Source: Patescibacteria group bacterium (GTDB taxonomy: Bacteria > Patescibacteriota > Patescibacteriia > UBA9934). Taken from it: DNA of 64,000 bases. The stretch covers positions 8,921-72,920 of the forward strand of contig JBAYHK010000005.1 of assembly GCA_041666145.1 (NCBI GenBank), read 5' to 3'. The stretch's first letter is position 1. Each line of letters opens with the position of its first letter. Made by a program: the position numbers and the translations under genes. Below are positions 9,613-19,758 of the stretch, piece after piece. The notes beneath the pieces are model-generated. The model saw nothing but the letters and a program-made list of their open reading frames with translations, made no database searches and was not told the DNA's origin.

Positions 9613-10404
9613 TTACAAAGCAACAAAAATCAAAAGCATAAGCAATCCAAAGCCTATTCGATAATATGCAAATGGAAGAAAATCTTTTGTTTGAATGAAA
9701 TGGAGGAATGCACGAATAACAAAGAAAGCTGAAACAAATGCAGTAATAAAACCAACAATCAAAAGTTCAACTTCGCTTAAAGTAAGCGACACCCCATCTT
9801 TCATGAGCGTATAGATTGAAGCAGCGGCAAGTGTTGGTATTGCAAGCAAAAATGAAAACTCAGCAGCAACTGGACGTGTAACGCCAAGCATGAGTGCTCC
9901 AATTATCGTCGCAGCAGAACGCGATGTTCCGGGAATGAGTGCCAAACATTGAACTCCGCCTATAAAAAATGCCACCTTGTAAGACATCCGGTCGATACTC
10001 TTTATGTATTCCGTGTGACGACCCCACTCTATAAACATGAGAGCGATGCCTCCAACAATTAACGCAAGCGCTACGATAATAGGATTAAAAAGCGACTCTT
10101 TTATTACTGAACCAAAAAGTCCGCCAAGCACAATTGCTGGAATTACCGCAATCAGAATCTTTGTCCATGTTTTCAAAACAACACGATCTATCTTTTTATG
10201 AGTAACTGGCCAAATTTTCTTCCAATACACCACAACAACAGCAAGAATTGCACCAAACTGTATGACAACGTCAAACGTCTTTGTAAAATCTTCAGAAAAG
10301 GCAATCCACTGATTTGCAAGAATGAGATGCCCTGTCGACGATATTGGTAAAAATTCAGTAATGCCTTCAATCAGCCCAAGTGCAATTGCCTTGAGAAATT
10401 CCAT
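9613..10404 (-). CDS. uppP: Undecaprenyl-diphosphate phosphatase
   Basis: EGITEFLPISSTGH, PGTSRS, AEFSFLLAIP. Confidence 0.96.
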   Translation of the reverse strand: MEFLKAIALGLIEGITEFLPISSTGHLILANQWIAFSEDFTKTFDVVIQFGAILAVVVVYWKKIWPVTHKKIDRVVLKTWTKILIAVIPAIVLGGLFGSVIKESLFNPIIVALALIVGGIALMFIEWGRHTEYIKSIDRMSYKVAFFIGGVQCLALIPGTSRSAATIIGALMLGVTRPVAAEFSFLLAIPTLAAASIYTLMKDGVSLTLSEVELLIVGFITAFVSAFFVIRAFLHFIQTKDFLPFAYYRIGFGLLMLLIFVAL

Positions 10405-10406
10405 AA

Positions 10407-12365
10407 TTAATCATCAAAATGGATGTGCTCTCCTGGAGCAACTGGCATAGGCACGGCACTAACGGTCGTTGCCGCAACAACTGGATCCTTACGTTCCGCG
10501 GTAACATCGGGTGAATACACTTTCGGTCCTTTAAAGGCTTCCACTTGTTTTCTTTGCCGATACGGCTTCTTTTTTGTAAAAGATTCTGAACCAACAGATG
10601 CAACCACCGGTCGAGGAACGAAAACCTTCTGCTGAATTAATGAAGGTGTCTGTTGTTTGGATACTAAAGGAACAGTGGAGGCATTCTCTTCGTGTCGATG
10701 AGGCTCTGTAAAAACAGAACGGGACGGAAGATTGTTCAAAGAAACCTCCCCGGAAGTTGGAATGACAATCGCCTCTCCATCCTTTGGCGTTGGTGGAGGA
10801 TAGTATTTTTCACCTGGTCTCGGCGTTCGCACGGAAACATTTTTCTCCCCCTTCTTCTTCCGTTCTTCGACGATTAACGTATGACAATCATCACAATAAA
10901 TTGGACGAGTTCTATCTAGTTCTACTGGAAGAGAAAACTTCTTTCCGCAACGCGCACAGTCATACTCGTGTCCAAATCGAGCCCTTTTCGCTTCCTTCTT
11001 TTCTGCAGAAATTTTTGCAAACTCAGCTCCAACATCAAGATTCTGATCAAAACCGCTCCAAGTCATCACTCTTTCTTCAATCATTTTTCGATTTCCTCCG
11101 AATCGTTCACGAGATTGCTGAACAACCTTTTCCTCACTTCCTGTTCGCTGTGCTATCGGCGGAAGTGTTAATGCAGAAAATGGCTGGCTCGTAACACCAT
11201 CAATCATTAACTTTAAATAAATTCCATACTTTGGAAGGTTGATCAAATCTTCTGGCGTAAATCTTGGCATGAATTCACTTTCCATGAATTCAGCGTCTTT
11301 TGCACCAATACGAAATGTAATCAAGCTCCCCACATTTCCGAATACCGCGTCACGAACAGCAGTAGAAGTTAAACTATCGAGTTGCGCAATATACTGATGA
11401 GCAATAATGAGATTCAACCTATATTTCCGAGCCTCAGAAAGAATGTCCGCAAATGACTCTGTGGCAAAATTCTGAAATTCATCAACATACAGATAGAAAT
11501 CCTGTCGATCATTCTCGTTACGAATGTTCACACGCTCCATTGCAGACATGTAAATTTTCGTGATGATCATTCCGCCTAAAATGCGCATGGCATCTTCTCC
11601 AATCTGACCTTTGGAAAGATTAATGAGAAGAATTTTTTTATCGTCCATGATCTCACGGAAACTAAAAGCGGACTTTGATTGTGCAACAATATTGCGCATC
11701 ATTGTTGATGCCAAAAATTGTCCAACCTTGTTTTGAATTGGCGCAGAAGCCTCGGCAGCAAACTTTACATCATACATGGCAAATTCCTTAAGCCAGAAGG
11801 CCTGAACCATCGGATCTTTTACATTTTGAACAATCTCTGCCCTATATTCCTTGTCTGAAAGCATGCGATTGATTCCAAGCAATGTTGTTCCTGGAGTATC
11901 AAGAAGCGCGAGAATCGTATATTGCAAAATGTATTCCATGCGAGCGCTCCAAACGTTCTCCCATACCTTTTTAAAAATCGAAAGAAGACTGTACATCACC
12001 TTTGAGTTGTAATCATTCACAAGCTCCCATCCCTCTGTCTTCTCTAACATGTTAAACGCAATTGGAAAGTCACTATCTGCAGGATTGAAATACACAACAT
12101 CATTAATTCGCCAGGAGGGAATGTAATCAAGCATTTTACTTACAGTATCGCCATGTGGATCGATATAACAACATCCATGACCAGCATAGATGTCGGCTAA
12201 AATCATATTCTCAAGCAACGTAGTCTTCCCCATTCCAGTCTTTCCGACCATGTATATATGACGACGACGATCGTCTGTCTTAATACCAAATCTTCGCATG
12301 CCATTGCGAAAATTTGTTTGGCCAAAGTAGATAATATCCTTCTCGTGATCATGTTCGTATCTCAT
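10407..12365 (-). CDS. VirD4/TraD/HerA-like P-loop ATPase with a C-terminal CxxC-x17-CxxC zinc ribbon
   Basis: Walker A GKTGMGKT, IDPHGD, Walker B YVDEFQNF, SEARKY, AHQ; CARC-17aa-CDDC near the C-terminus. Confidence 0.85.
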   Translation of the reverse strand: MRYEHDHEKDIIYFGQTNFRNGMRRFGIKTDDRRRHIYMVGKTGMGKTTLLENMILADIYAGHGCCYIDPHGDTVSKMLDYIPSWRINDVVYFNPADSDFPIAFNMLEKTEGWELVNDYNSKVMYSLLSIFKKVWENVWSARMEYILQYTILALLDTPGTTLLGINRMLSDKEYRAEIVQNVKDPMVQAFWLKEFAMYDVKFAAEASAPIQNKVGQFLASTMMRNIVAQSKSAFSFREIMDDKKILLINLSKGQIGEDAMRILGGMIITKIYMSAMERVNIRNENDRQDFYLYVDEFQNFATESFADILSEARKYRLNLIIAHQYIAQLDSLTSTAVRDAVFGNVGSLITFRIGAKDAEFMESEFMPRFTPEDLINLPKYGIYLKLMIDGVTSQPFSALTLPPIAQRTGSEEKVVQQSRERFGGNRKMIEERVMTWSGFDQNLDVGAEFAKISAEKKEAKRARFGHEYDCARCGKKFSLPVELDRTRPIYCDDCHTLIVEERKKKGEKNVSVRTPRPGEKYYPPPTPKDGEAIVIPTSGEVSLNNLPSRSVFTEPHRHEENASTVPLVSKQQTPSLIQQKVFVPRPVVASVGSESFTKKKPYRQRKQVEAFKGPKVYSPDVTAERKDPVVAATTVSAVPMPVAPGEHIHFDD

Positions 12366-12371
12366 ACGATG

Positions 12372-13880
12372 CTATATTGGAAGATTCGGAGGAACATCGC
12401 TCTCTCGAATAGCAGCCGGCATTATCTGTTCTACATTCGCATGCTCCGTTGGAGATGTTGGAGTCGGCAAGAGTAGCTCAGATTCTGGAAGAGATCTGAC
12501 ACGCTCCTCTTCTTTTGTCTCTTCAATAGTTCGTTTCCAATTTGGGAGCTGAGGATCTTCTTTACTAGCAAAACTCAATGTATCCGGCGCCTCTGCACGA
12601 CGCGCCCCTACGTTACTCAATACTGGAGTTCTCGCATCAGCTGCCGGAAAATGAAACAACGTAGCCAACTCTTCAACATTCATATACAACCAGTCAGCCC
12701 CCTCTCCTCCACTTCTCCGCTTATAACGAGAAACTAATTTTCGTTGCTTACCCGCCATCTGCCATTCCTGCCAAATGTAATCATTTTTTGGTACAGAAGG
12801 TGCAAAAAGTCCCAAACGATTCATGTATTGATGATTGAATGTCGCAAACATACCCTTAGCAGAACTCGCCATAAGTCCCCGACTAAACTTCTTTTTTGGA
12901 CCTGAAGAAACCCAGCGGATTTTCGTCTTCCATGTTACCTTGGAAATTTTTTCTGCAACTGCATCCATTATGAGACGTTCATGCGAGGTCATTCGAAACA
13001 TACGAAAGTCATCTTTCTTTTCCTCATGAGCCGCTTCACCAAAACCAACCCCCGCTACCTGAGTCAGGATACCCTTAGGCAACCAAAGGACATTTTCAGC
13101 TAATGCACCAAATGCACTGGGTTTTTGCTTCTTCTCTTTACCCATCATGGCATTCAAATATTCAGCACCCTCTTTTACAAGCGTCTGACTATCTGGTGGC
13201 TGAATGATGATCTGAATCCAAAAATATTCTCTCTCCTTCATTTTCCCCAAAAACTCAATAATTGGTAGCAATGGATCTTTAAAACGAAAATCCTTCTCTC
13301 CTTGGTGCTCAAATTCTTTGTATGTTCGAATTGGAAAATAAGATTTTTCAGCGAATACCATTTCACTTCCAAAAACTTCAAACTCTTCATTTGGATATTC
13401 ATTCGGCAATACATCTACATAGTCATCTACTTCTATAATCTGTGCCTCGGGATATTGCGCATACAAAGCAGCCTCAACCAAATCACGATATTTATCAATA
13501 GTGCGAATTAAAAATCGAACATTCCCCTCACTTCCAACGATCTCAAGACTAAAAAAAGATTGAAATTTCCCGATCAGCCAGACTTCTCTCCAAGTAATCG
13601 CAGACTTCACACCGGAAATATTCATGAAAAAATTCTCCATGCCCTTCGGGGTATTGATCGCATCCTGAGGAACACGAATTTCTAATAACTGCCATCGCAA
13701 TGCAGCATTATATTTTCCTTGTTTATAATCCATCCAGATATGCGTCAAGCCCCAGATAATAACACCAAAAATTGGAATCCACCCGACCACGAGCAAGGCT
13801 TGAGCCGCAATAAGTGGCAGAGGAGTTGTATTTATGTAATGTAAAACTGTCGTTGGAAGCGAAATGGCAATACCAAGCAT
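12372..13880 (-). CDS. Membrane-anchored partner of the VirD4-like ATPase (DUF8128-like)
   Basis: N-terminal TM; LLEI.VP, FSLEI, YAQYPEA.I.EV.DY, EELATLFHFP motifs; lies just upstream of the ATPase. Confidence 0.7.
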   Translation of the reverse strand: MLGIAISLPTTVLHYINTTPLPLIAAQALLVVGWIPIFGVIIWGLTHIWMDYKQGKYNAALRWQLLEIRVPQDAINTPKGMENFFMNISGVKSAITWREVWLIGKFQSFFSLEIVGSEGNVRFLIRTIDKYRDLVEAALYAQYPEAQIIEVDDYVDVLPNEYPNEEFEVFGSEMVFAEKSYFPIRTYKEFEHQGEKDFRFKDPLLPIIEFLGKMKEREYFWIQIIIQPPDSQTLVKEGAEYLNAMMGKEKKQKPSAFGALAENVLWLPKGILTQVAGVGFGEAAHEEKKDDFRMFRMTSHERLIMDAVAEKISKVTWKTKIRWVSSGPKKKFSRGLMASSAKGMFATFNHQYMNRLGLFAPSVPKNDYIWQEWQMAGKQRKLVSRYKRRSGGEGADWLYMNVEELATLFHFPAADARTPVLSNVGARRAEAPDTLSFASKEDPQLPNWKRTIEETKEEERVRSLPESELLLPTPTSPTEHANVEQIMPAAIRESDVPPNLPI

Positions 13881-13933
13881 AGATAACAAAAGTATAGCAC
13901 GTTAACGTTGCGAAATATTCATAAAATAAAAAA

Positions 13934-13954
13934 ACTCAGACAGCATGTCTGAGT
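13934..13954 (-). terminator. Intrinsic terminator after secF
   Basis: ACTCAGACA-GCA-TGTCTGAGT with A/T tracts on both sides. Confidence 0.75.
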
Positions 13955-13980
13955 CTTTTTATTTTAAAAAAATACAATGT

Positions 13981-14880
13981 TTATGCACGATTCGCTCTCC
14001 ATCTTTCCCATTCAACCAAAAGCGGGCTCGCAATAAAAATCGATGAATACGCACCGGAAACTAAACCAATCATCAGTGCTAAAACGAAAGGTCTTGTAGT
14101 CTCACCACCAACCAAGAAAACAGCGAACAACGGAAGGAATGAAGAGAATGTTGTATTCAATGAACGAGCGAGCGTTTCCATTATGCTTGAATTCACAATG
14201 TCTCCAAATGACATGTCACTATGTCTACGACGAAGAAGATTTTCGCGAGTTCGATCAAGGACAACGATCGTGTCATTAATGGAGTATCCAAGAATCGTCA
14301 AAACCGCAGCCACGAAGGCCATGTCAACTTGATATCCAAAATAATGGCCCAAGACCGCAAAAACACCCAACGGAATCATCACATCGTGAAATGCGGCAAT
14401 CATAGTAACTACCCCATATTTCCATGAGGCAACTGGGTGTGTGACCTTACGAAACGCCCAAGCAACGTAAACAAGAATAAGAATGAGCATCAGTACCGAT
14501 GCAGATATGGATGCGCTTCGTAACTCATCACCAATCACAGGGCCAACCGTATCAAAGCGGATCTCTTTCGCGTCTACAGAAAGAGCTCTTACTATTGAAA
14601 GAATCATCTGGTGCTGTTCTTCAGTTACTGGCGCCAATCGAACAAAATATGTGTCGCCTTCGCCCTGCTGCACAACCGATTCAAAACCACCGGCTGTTGC
14701 CGCTTCACGGATCGCGCTCACCGATGTTCCAGGCGCTGAAATCTGCATCAAGCTACCACCGGTAAAATCAATACCAAAATTCAGACCGTACGCCAAAAGT
14801 GCACCAAATGCGAGAACAACAATAGCGACAGATATCGCGAGCCAAAGCTTAGACTTTCCAATAATGTTTATAGGTTTCAT
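13981..14880 (-). CDS. secF: Protein translocase subunit SecF
   Basis: GIDFTGG, GYSINDTIVV.DR.RE, GAYSSIFIA. Confidence 0.96.
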   Translation of the reverse strand: MKPINIIGKSKLWLAISVAIVVLAFGALLAYGLNFGIDFTGGSLMQISAPGTSVSAIREAATAGGFESVVQQGEGDTYFVRLAPVTEEQHQMILSIVRALSVDAKEIRFDTVGPVIGDELRSASISASVLMLILILVYVAWAFRKVTHPVASWKYGVVTMIAAFHDVMIPLGVFAVLGHYFGYQVDMAFVAAVLTILGYSINDTIVVLDRTRENLLRRRHSDMSFGDIVNSSIMETLARSLNTTFSSFLPLFAVFLVGGETTRPFVLALMIGLVSGAYSSIFIASPLLVEWERWRANRA

Positions 14881-14886
14881 ACACGG

Positions 14887-16884
14887 CTAAAGACCAAGAA
14901 AGAAGAATTTTGAACGAACTTTTTGCATACGAGCAATCCTCCTTAAAATAAACCTGCAAACAACAAACGCGCAAAATAACGAAACAAACACACCCAATGC
15001 AAGCGTCAACGCAAACCCGCGAATTGATCCGGATGTAAGCTCAAAAAGGATGCCAGTCGCTATAAGAGTAGTTGTATTACCATCACGAATAGAAGGCCAT
15101 GCGCGACGGAAAGCTTCTTCAACTGCAGAAGGTAAATCACGACCAGATCGAAGCTCCTCTTTCATGCGCTCAAAAATAAGCACGTTTGCGTCAACCGCAA
15201 TACCAAGAGAAAAGATGAATCCAGCGATGCCAGATAACGTGATCGTCACACCGAATGTCTTAAAGAGCGCCAAGTTAAGAATTCCGTAAACCGCGAGTGA
15301 CACAATTGCCACCACGCCAGCAAGACGGTAGTACAACACCATGAAAAGAGCGACGAGCAAAAATCCAATCAAGCCAGCCTTAATGCTAAGGTCGAGCGAC
15401 TCTGCGCCAAGAGCTGGACCTATAGTCTGCTGACTCACGACGGCAATAGGTACAGGAAGCGCTCCAGCATTCAAACGTTGTGCTAATAACTTCGCTTCAG
15501 CAATCGTAAAGTTTCCGCTTATCGTAGCCTCTCCGCCATAAATCGGCTCATTAACAACTGGCGTTGTTATAGCCTCACCATCTAAAAAGATTCCAATGAT
15601 CTTCCCTACATTATTTTTTGTAAGCTCTGAGAAAAGCGCAGTTCCGTTCTCATTAAACTGCAAAATAACTAGTGGCGCCCCACTATTAGGATCAAATGCA
15701 ACTGACGCATGTTTTAAATCCTTTCCAGAAAGCTCCGTATTCTTCCAAGGATCAACGGTGAGAACATCAGAGGCCGTCGTCCAAGGCATCTCGATATGTG
15801 CAATCTCGTAACTTCTCGAAGGTCTTGACCCTACCCTATATAAAATATGGTACCCAAACTCTGTTTCAATAACATCTGAAATATTTGTATCACGAAGATT
15901 GTATGCAGCGTCTTCAAATGCTTGAACCATCTGACCTCGAGCAACATAGTCGAGATCTCCCCCATTTTTTCCAGATCCTGGATCATCTGAGTTCGCCTTT
16001 GCTAAGTCTGCAAAGTTTTGCGTTGTTGCTTCTGATTTTAATTGCTGCGCGAATGTAAGTGCCTCTTCTTTTGTTCGTGTTTGTGCACAACCAGTGGCTC
16101 CGCTATAACAAATCAAGATGTGAGAAATACGTGGTTCAGATTCCGTCTTCCTACTTATGTACTTAACAACATGCATTCGACTCGTACCTTCATAAAGCCC
16201 GTTAATAACACCAACTTTTAAACGTTTCGATTCAATCTGCTCAACAAGACCGTCATATTCTTTATCATCCGCAGTAACAAAACCAATATATCCACCGTTT
16301 GCTTTTGTCGATCCATCAATTGAGTTCTCCAAAGCAAGAGCGGCAAAGTCTTCGCCGGCAAGTGCCTTATCCATTATTGCAAGAGCATTCTTTCGCTCAT
16401 CAACCTGCGCCGCATCAATCTGCATCTGCTGCTCTTCTGTAGGTGTTGTATTTACATCTTCAATCGGAGTCCTGAATGCTAAAACTGGAGTCTCACCAAT
16501 CTGACTAATCGCACTCTGCACATCCGTCACGCCCGGAAGGTCCACAAGCACACGATAGTGACCATCTGAAACGTTTGTCTGCACAATAGGTTCTGCAACA
16601 CCAAAAGCATTCACGCGACGCTCAATAACATCACGAACGCCTTCAAGGGCAATATCTCGTTCCGCAGAATCAACCGACGTCATGTCAGCTTCGTAAACTA
16701 AATGCGCTCCACCCTTAAGATCTAGACCGAGCGTAAAGTCGCGCTCTGGAATATACGGCAAATGAAAGCCGACCTTCTCTTTCATGGTAACCATGACTGC
16801 ATTCCATTCCTTAGGGAAAGTCATGAGTCCTGCTGCAATGGCCAAAAGTACCAGCGCGGATGCGCCAATCACATTACGCTTCAT
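14887..16884 (-). CDS. secD: Protein translocase subunit SecD with inserted parvulin (rotamase) domains
   Basis: LGLDLKGG, GALPVP, GIAVDANVLIFER; insert contains SHILI...SDDPGSGKNGGDL...FEDAAY...ETEFGYHIL. Confidence 0.95.
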   Translation of the reverse strand: MKRNVIGASALVLLAIAAGLMTFPKEWNAVMVTMKEKVGFHLPYIPERDFTLGLDLKGGAHLVYEADMTSVDSAERDIALEGVRDVIERRVNAFGVAEPIVQTNVSDGHYRVLVDLPGVTDVQSAISQIGETPVLAFRTPIEDVNTTPTEEQQMQIDAAQVDERKNALAIMDKALAGEDFAALALENSIDGSTKANGGYIGFVTADDKEYDGLVEQIESKRLKVGVINGLYEGTSRMHVVKYISRKTESEPRISHILICYSGATGCAQTRTKEEALTFAQQLKSEATTQNFADLAKANSDDPGSGKNGGDLDYVARGQMVQAFEDAAYNLRDTNISDVIETEFGYHILYRVGSRPSRSYEIAHIEMPWTTASDVLTVDPWKNTELSGKDLKHASVAFDPNSGAPLVILQFNENGTALFSELTKNNVGKIIGIFLDGEAITTPVVNEPIYGGEATISGNFTIAEAKLLAQRLNAGALPVPIAVVSQQTIGPALGAESLDLSIKAGLIGFLLVALFMVLYYRLAGVVAIVSLAVYGILNLALFKTFGVTITLSGIAGFIFSLGIAVDANVLIFERMKEELRSGRDLPSAVEEAFRRAWPSIRDGNTTTLIATGILFELTSGSIRGFALTLALGVFVSLFCAFVVCRFILRRIARMQKVRSKFFFLGL

Positions 16885-16916
16885 AGTGCGTGCATTCTAG
16901 GCAAACTCAAGATATT

Positions 16917-18089
16917 TCACAAGGGATTTGCTGTGTATTCGCGTAATTCCTGCATCATTCGAAGGTAAAAACCAAGATTCTGTAAAGTAGCCAATCGTAA
17001 TCCAACGGTTTCTTGTGTCTTAAAAAGATGGCGAAGGTAGGCCCGAGAAAACTGTTTCGATGTAAAAACGTCACCGAAGGCATCTATAGAAGAAAGATCC
17101 TCAGTAAAACGCTCATTTGTTATTTGAATCTTTTCATAAAGCACTGCGGCTATCTCTTTGTCAGACCCACCGGAAACTGCAAGATCAAATGCAGAACGAA
17201 CTGCAATACGCGGATTCTGATTCCACACAAAAAGCGAACCATGTCTTGCGTTTCGCGTTGGAAGCACACAATCAAACATATCAATTCCAACGGAAACGTA
17301 ATACACAATCTCTTCTGGCATGCCTCCCCCCATGAAATATCGCGGTCGATCAGAAGGCATTATCGCCGCAAGCGCTTTTACAACACGAAATGTATCTTCA
17401 CGCTTTTCGCCAACAGAAAGACCGCCAATCGCATAACCGTCAAAATCAATCTCCTTCAAACCGTCTAACGATCGTCTTCGCAAATCCTCATGCGTACCGC
17501 CTTGTACAATCCCAAAAAGCAATGCCCTATCTTTCTTATCCTCAATCTGTTTAAAAAAATGCGCCTTCGAACGTACTGCCCAACGAAGTGACCGCTCCAT
17601 AGCATCTTCATATCGTTCACGAGTTGAGTCTCCGGCAGCTACGTCATCAAACTGCATTCGAATCGACGAACCGATCGCTTCTTGAATTTCCATTGATCGC
17701 TCTGGAGTTAGTCGAATTGTTGCGCCGTCAATATGCGACTGGAACGTAACACCGTCTTCATCTGTCGCATTCAAATTCGACAAACTGAAAACTTGATAGC
17801 CTCCACTATCGGTAAGCATAGGCCCCTCCCAATCCATCAACGATCGCATGCCTCCAAGATTACGCAAGACGTCTTCACCAGGACGCAACAGTAAATGGTA
17901 CGTATTTCCAAGAATAATCGACGCACCAAGCGTAGAGACTTCTTGAGGAAGCAACGTCTTTATCGCTCCAGCCGTTGCGATCGGCATAAAAACCGGCGTC
18001 TCAACAACGCCGTGAATAGTCGTCAATGTCGCACGCCTCGCCTGACCGCGCATGTTCCCTATCTTAAACGGAGATTCGATTTCGCTCAT
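16917..18089 (-). CDS. tgt: tRNA-guanine transglycosylase (TGT)
   Basis: TPVFMP, NTYHL, TDSGGYQVFSL, GIVQGG, DMFDCVLPTRNAR. Confidence 0.95.
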   Translation of the reverse strand: MSEIESPFKIGNMRGQARRATLTTIHGVVETPVFMPIATAGAIKTLLPQEVSTLGASIILGNTYHLLLRPGEDVLRNLGGMRSLMDWEGPMLTDSGGYQVFSLSNLNATDEDGVTFQSHIDGATIRLTPERSMEIQEAIGSSIRMQFDDVAAGDSTRERYEDAMERSLRWAVRSKAHFFKQIEDKKDRALLFGIVQGGTHEDLRRRSLDGLKEIDFDGYAIGGLSVGEKREDTFRVVKALAAIMPSDRPRYFMGGGMPEEIVYYVSVGIDMFDCVLPTRNARHGSLFVWNQNPRIAVRSAFDLAVSGGSDKEIAAVLYEKIQITNERFTEDLSSIDAFGDVFTSKQFSRAYLRHLFKTQETVGLRLATLQNLGFYLRMMQELREYTANPL

Positions 18090-18738
18090 ATAATCCAATA
18101 GAAACAGCAACGCCAACATTTAAAGACTCCAAAGCCGAATCAATGACAATTTTCACAGAAGTTCCCTCAATAGGAAGCACTATGCCCGCGCCCTCATTCC
18201 CAGCAATAATCATCGCAGGGCGTGTCCCGATCCTTGCAATATCAATCGCGCCTTCTGCAAGTTCCAATCGATAGACTACACGATTACATAAAGCGATGAG
18301 CTCTAAAGCGTCTTCGCGCGAAACCGTCATCCATGGCACACGAAGAATCGCACTTGCCGACGCACGTACGACTTTAGGACTTGTTACTTCTGCAGACTCA
18401 ATGAGAATCACGCTCGCACCAAAACCCAAACATGCACGAAGAATCGTTCCAACATTTCCAGGATCTTGAACCCCATCAAGAACAATAATCGTGTTTCTGG
18501 ACTGAACATCCTCAATCGTCCAATTCGGAATCTTTGCTACTGCTGCAAATGCCTGAGGAGTTTCTGTTGAAACAAATTCAGCAAAGCGCTTTGTGTCAGC
18601 AGAAGTAAAGGTCCATTCAACAAGACTCCCAGCATCACGAACAAACTTCTCGCCTTCGATAATAAATCTTCTAAGCTCTTTTCTACCTTTTTTTGTAGTT
18701 AATCGTGTTAGCAATTTTTCTTGAGTAGCTGTCAACAT
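18064..18738 (-). CDS. TrmH/SpoU family RNA methyltransferase
   Basis: DPGNVGTILR, GNEGAG, ESLNV. Confidence 0.9.
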   Translation of the reverse strand: MLTATQEKLLTRLTTKKGRKELRRFIIEGEKFVRDAGSLVEWTFTSADTKRFAEFVSTETPQAFAAVAKIPNWTIEDVQSRNTIIVLDGVQDPGNVGTILRACLGFGASVILIESAEVTSPKVVRASASAILRVPWMTVSREDALELIALCNRVVYRLELAEGAIDIARIGTRPAMIIAGNEGAGIVLPIEGTSVKIVIDSALESLNVGVAVSIGLYERNRISV

Positions 18739-18743
18739 AGAAA

Positions 18744-19757
18744 TTATTTCGCGGAGTCTTGAGCAAAAGCATCTTTCGCTACGTTCCAAAGCGAATCATC
18801 ACCTTGAAGATGCTCGTAATACCACCATTCAACTCCCCAAAGCAATGCCTCATGAATTCCGGTCTCTTTCGCAAACTGAAGATGTTCTCGAAAATCATCT
18901 GCAGAAAAATTAACATCAATAGATCCCGATTCTTGAGGATTCCCAGTAAACCACGGCTCCATCTGAAGCTCCGAAATAACAATATCGTCAGTAAAGAATC
19001 GAGCTACAAATGCATGAACCCGATAATAAAATGGGGTATTTGGAAATGCCACCGGGCCAAGAATATCCTGGTGTGCAAATCTATAAAGACTAACACCTAT
19101 AGAATCACTCAATGAAGCAACATTAAACCAAAGTTCCTGCTCGCCACTTACTGTCATCATAATCGGTCGACTATCTAACGCTCGCACAAGTGCAACTTCC
19201 TGACGCAATCTCGACAAAGATGGCTCTGGACATTCGCCGTAAGAAAAGAATGGCTCATTCTCTACTTGCCATCGAGTGATCACGTCGTATTGACGAGTAT
19301 GAGAAACCAACGCCTGCATGTAACGCAATACCTGTCCGTCAAATCCCTGAACATTTGAATCATAAAAAGAAGGGATGTAACACTCTGGCCAACGAGGCAC
19401 CTTCATTCCAATCGCAAGCGTAACTGAAATATCGTGGTCTGCCGCGATATCAAGTAAACGATCAATTCTCGAAAAATCAAACTGCCCTTGAGCTACTTCA
19501 ACATCACTCCAATACACAGGGATTCGAACATCATGAACACCAAGATCATCCACAATCGCTCGCAGTGCTTCAGCCGAATCCAAACCAAGCGATTGTGCGT
19601 ATTTATCTGAAAAAGTCACTCCCAACGTTTGAGGAGAAGAACGGAGTAAAGAGAATCCCAATAGAAAGAACCCGCAAATCATGGACGTTAAAATGAATGC
19701 TGCGAATGCCGCATATTCTCGCCACCCACGAATCCTATGATGCCTCCAGTATTTCAT
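18744..19757 (-). CDS. Membrane-anchored clan GH-A glycoside hydrolase-like protein
   Basis: N-terminal TM; RIPVYW..VE...G.FDF, QVENEP (acid/base), ISELQ (nucleophile). Confidence 0.7.
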   Translation of the reverse strand: MKYWRHHRIRGWREYAAFAAFILTSMICGFFLLGFSLLRSSPQTLGVTFSDKYAQSLGLDSAEALRAIVDDLGVHDVRIPVYWSDVEVAQGQFDFSRIDRLLDIAADHDISVTLAIGMKVPRWPECYIPSFYDSNVQGFDGQVLRYMQALVSHTRQYDVITRWQVENEPFFSYGECPEPSLSRLRQEVALVRALDSRPIMMTVSGEQELWFNVASLSDSIGVSLYRFAHQDILGPVAFPNTPFYYRVHAFVARFFTDDIVISELQMEPWFTGNPQESGSIDVNFSADDFREHLQFAKETGIHEALLWGVEWWYYEHLQGDDSLWNVAKDAFAQDSAK

Positions 19758-19758
19758 G

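Noticed and set aside
10407-13880. Conjugative element or ICE
   Set aside because: No relaxase, integrase, VirB cluster or att-like repeats; flanked by housekeeping genes
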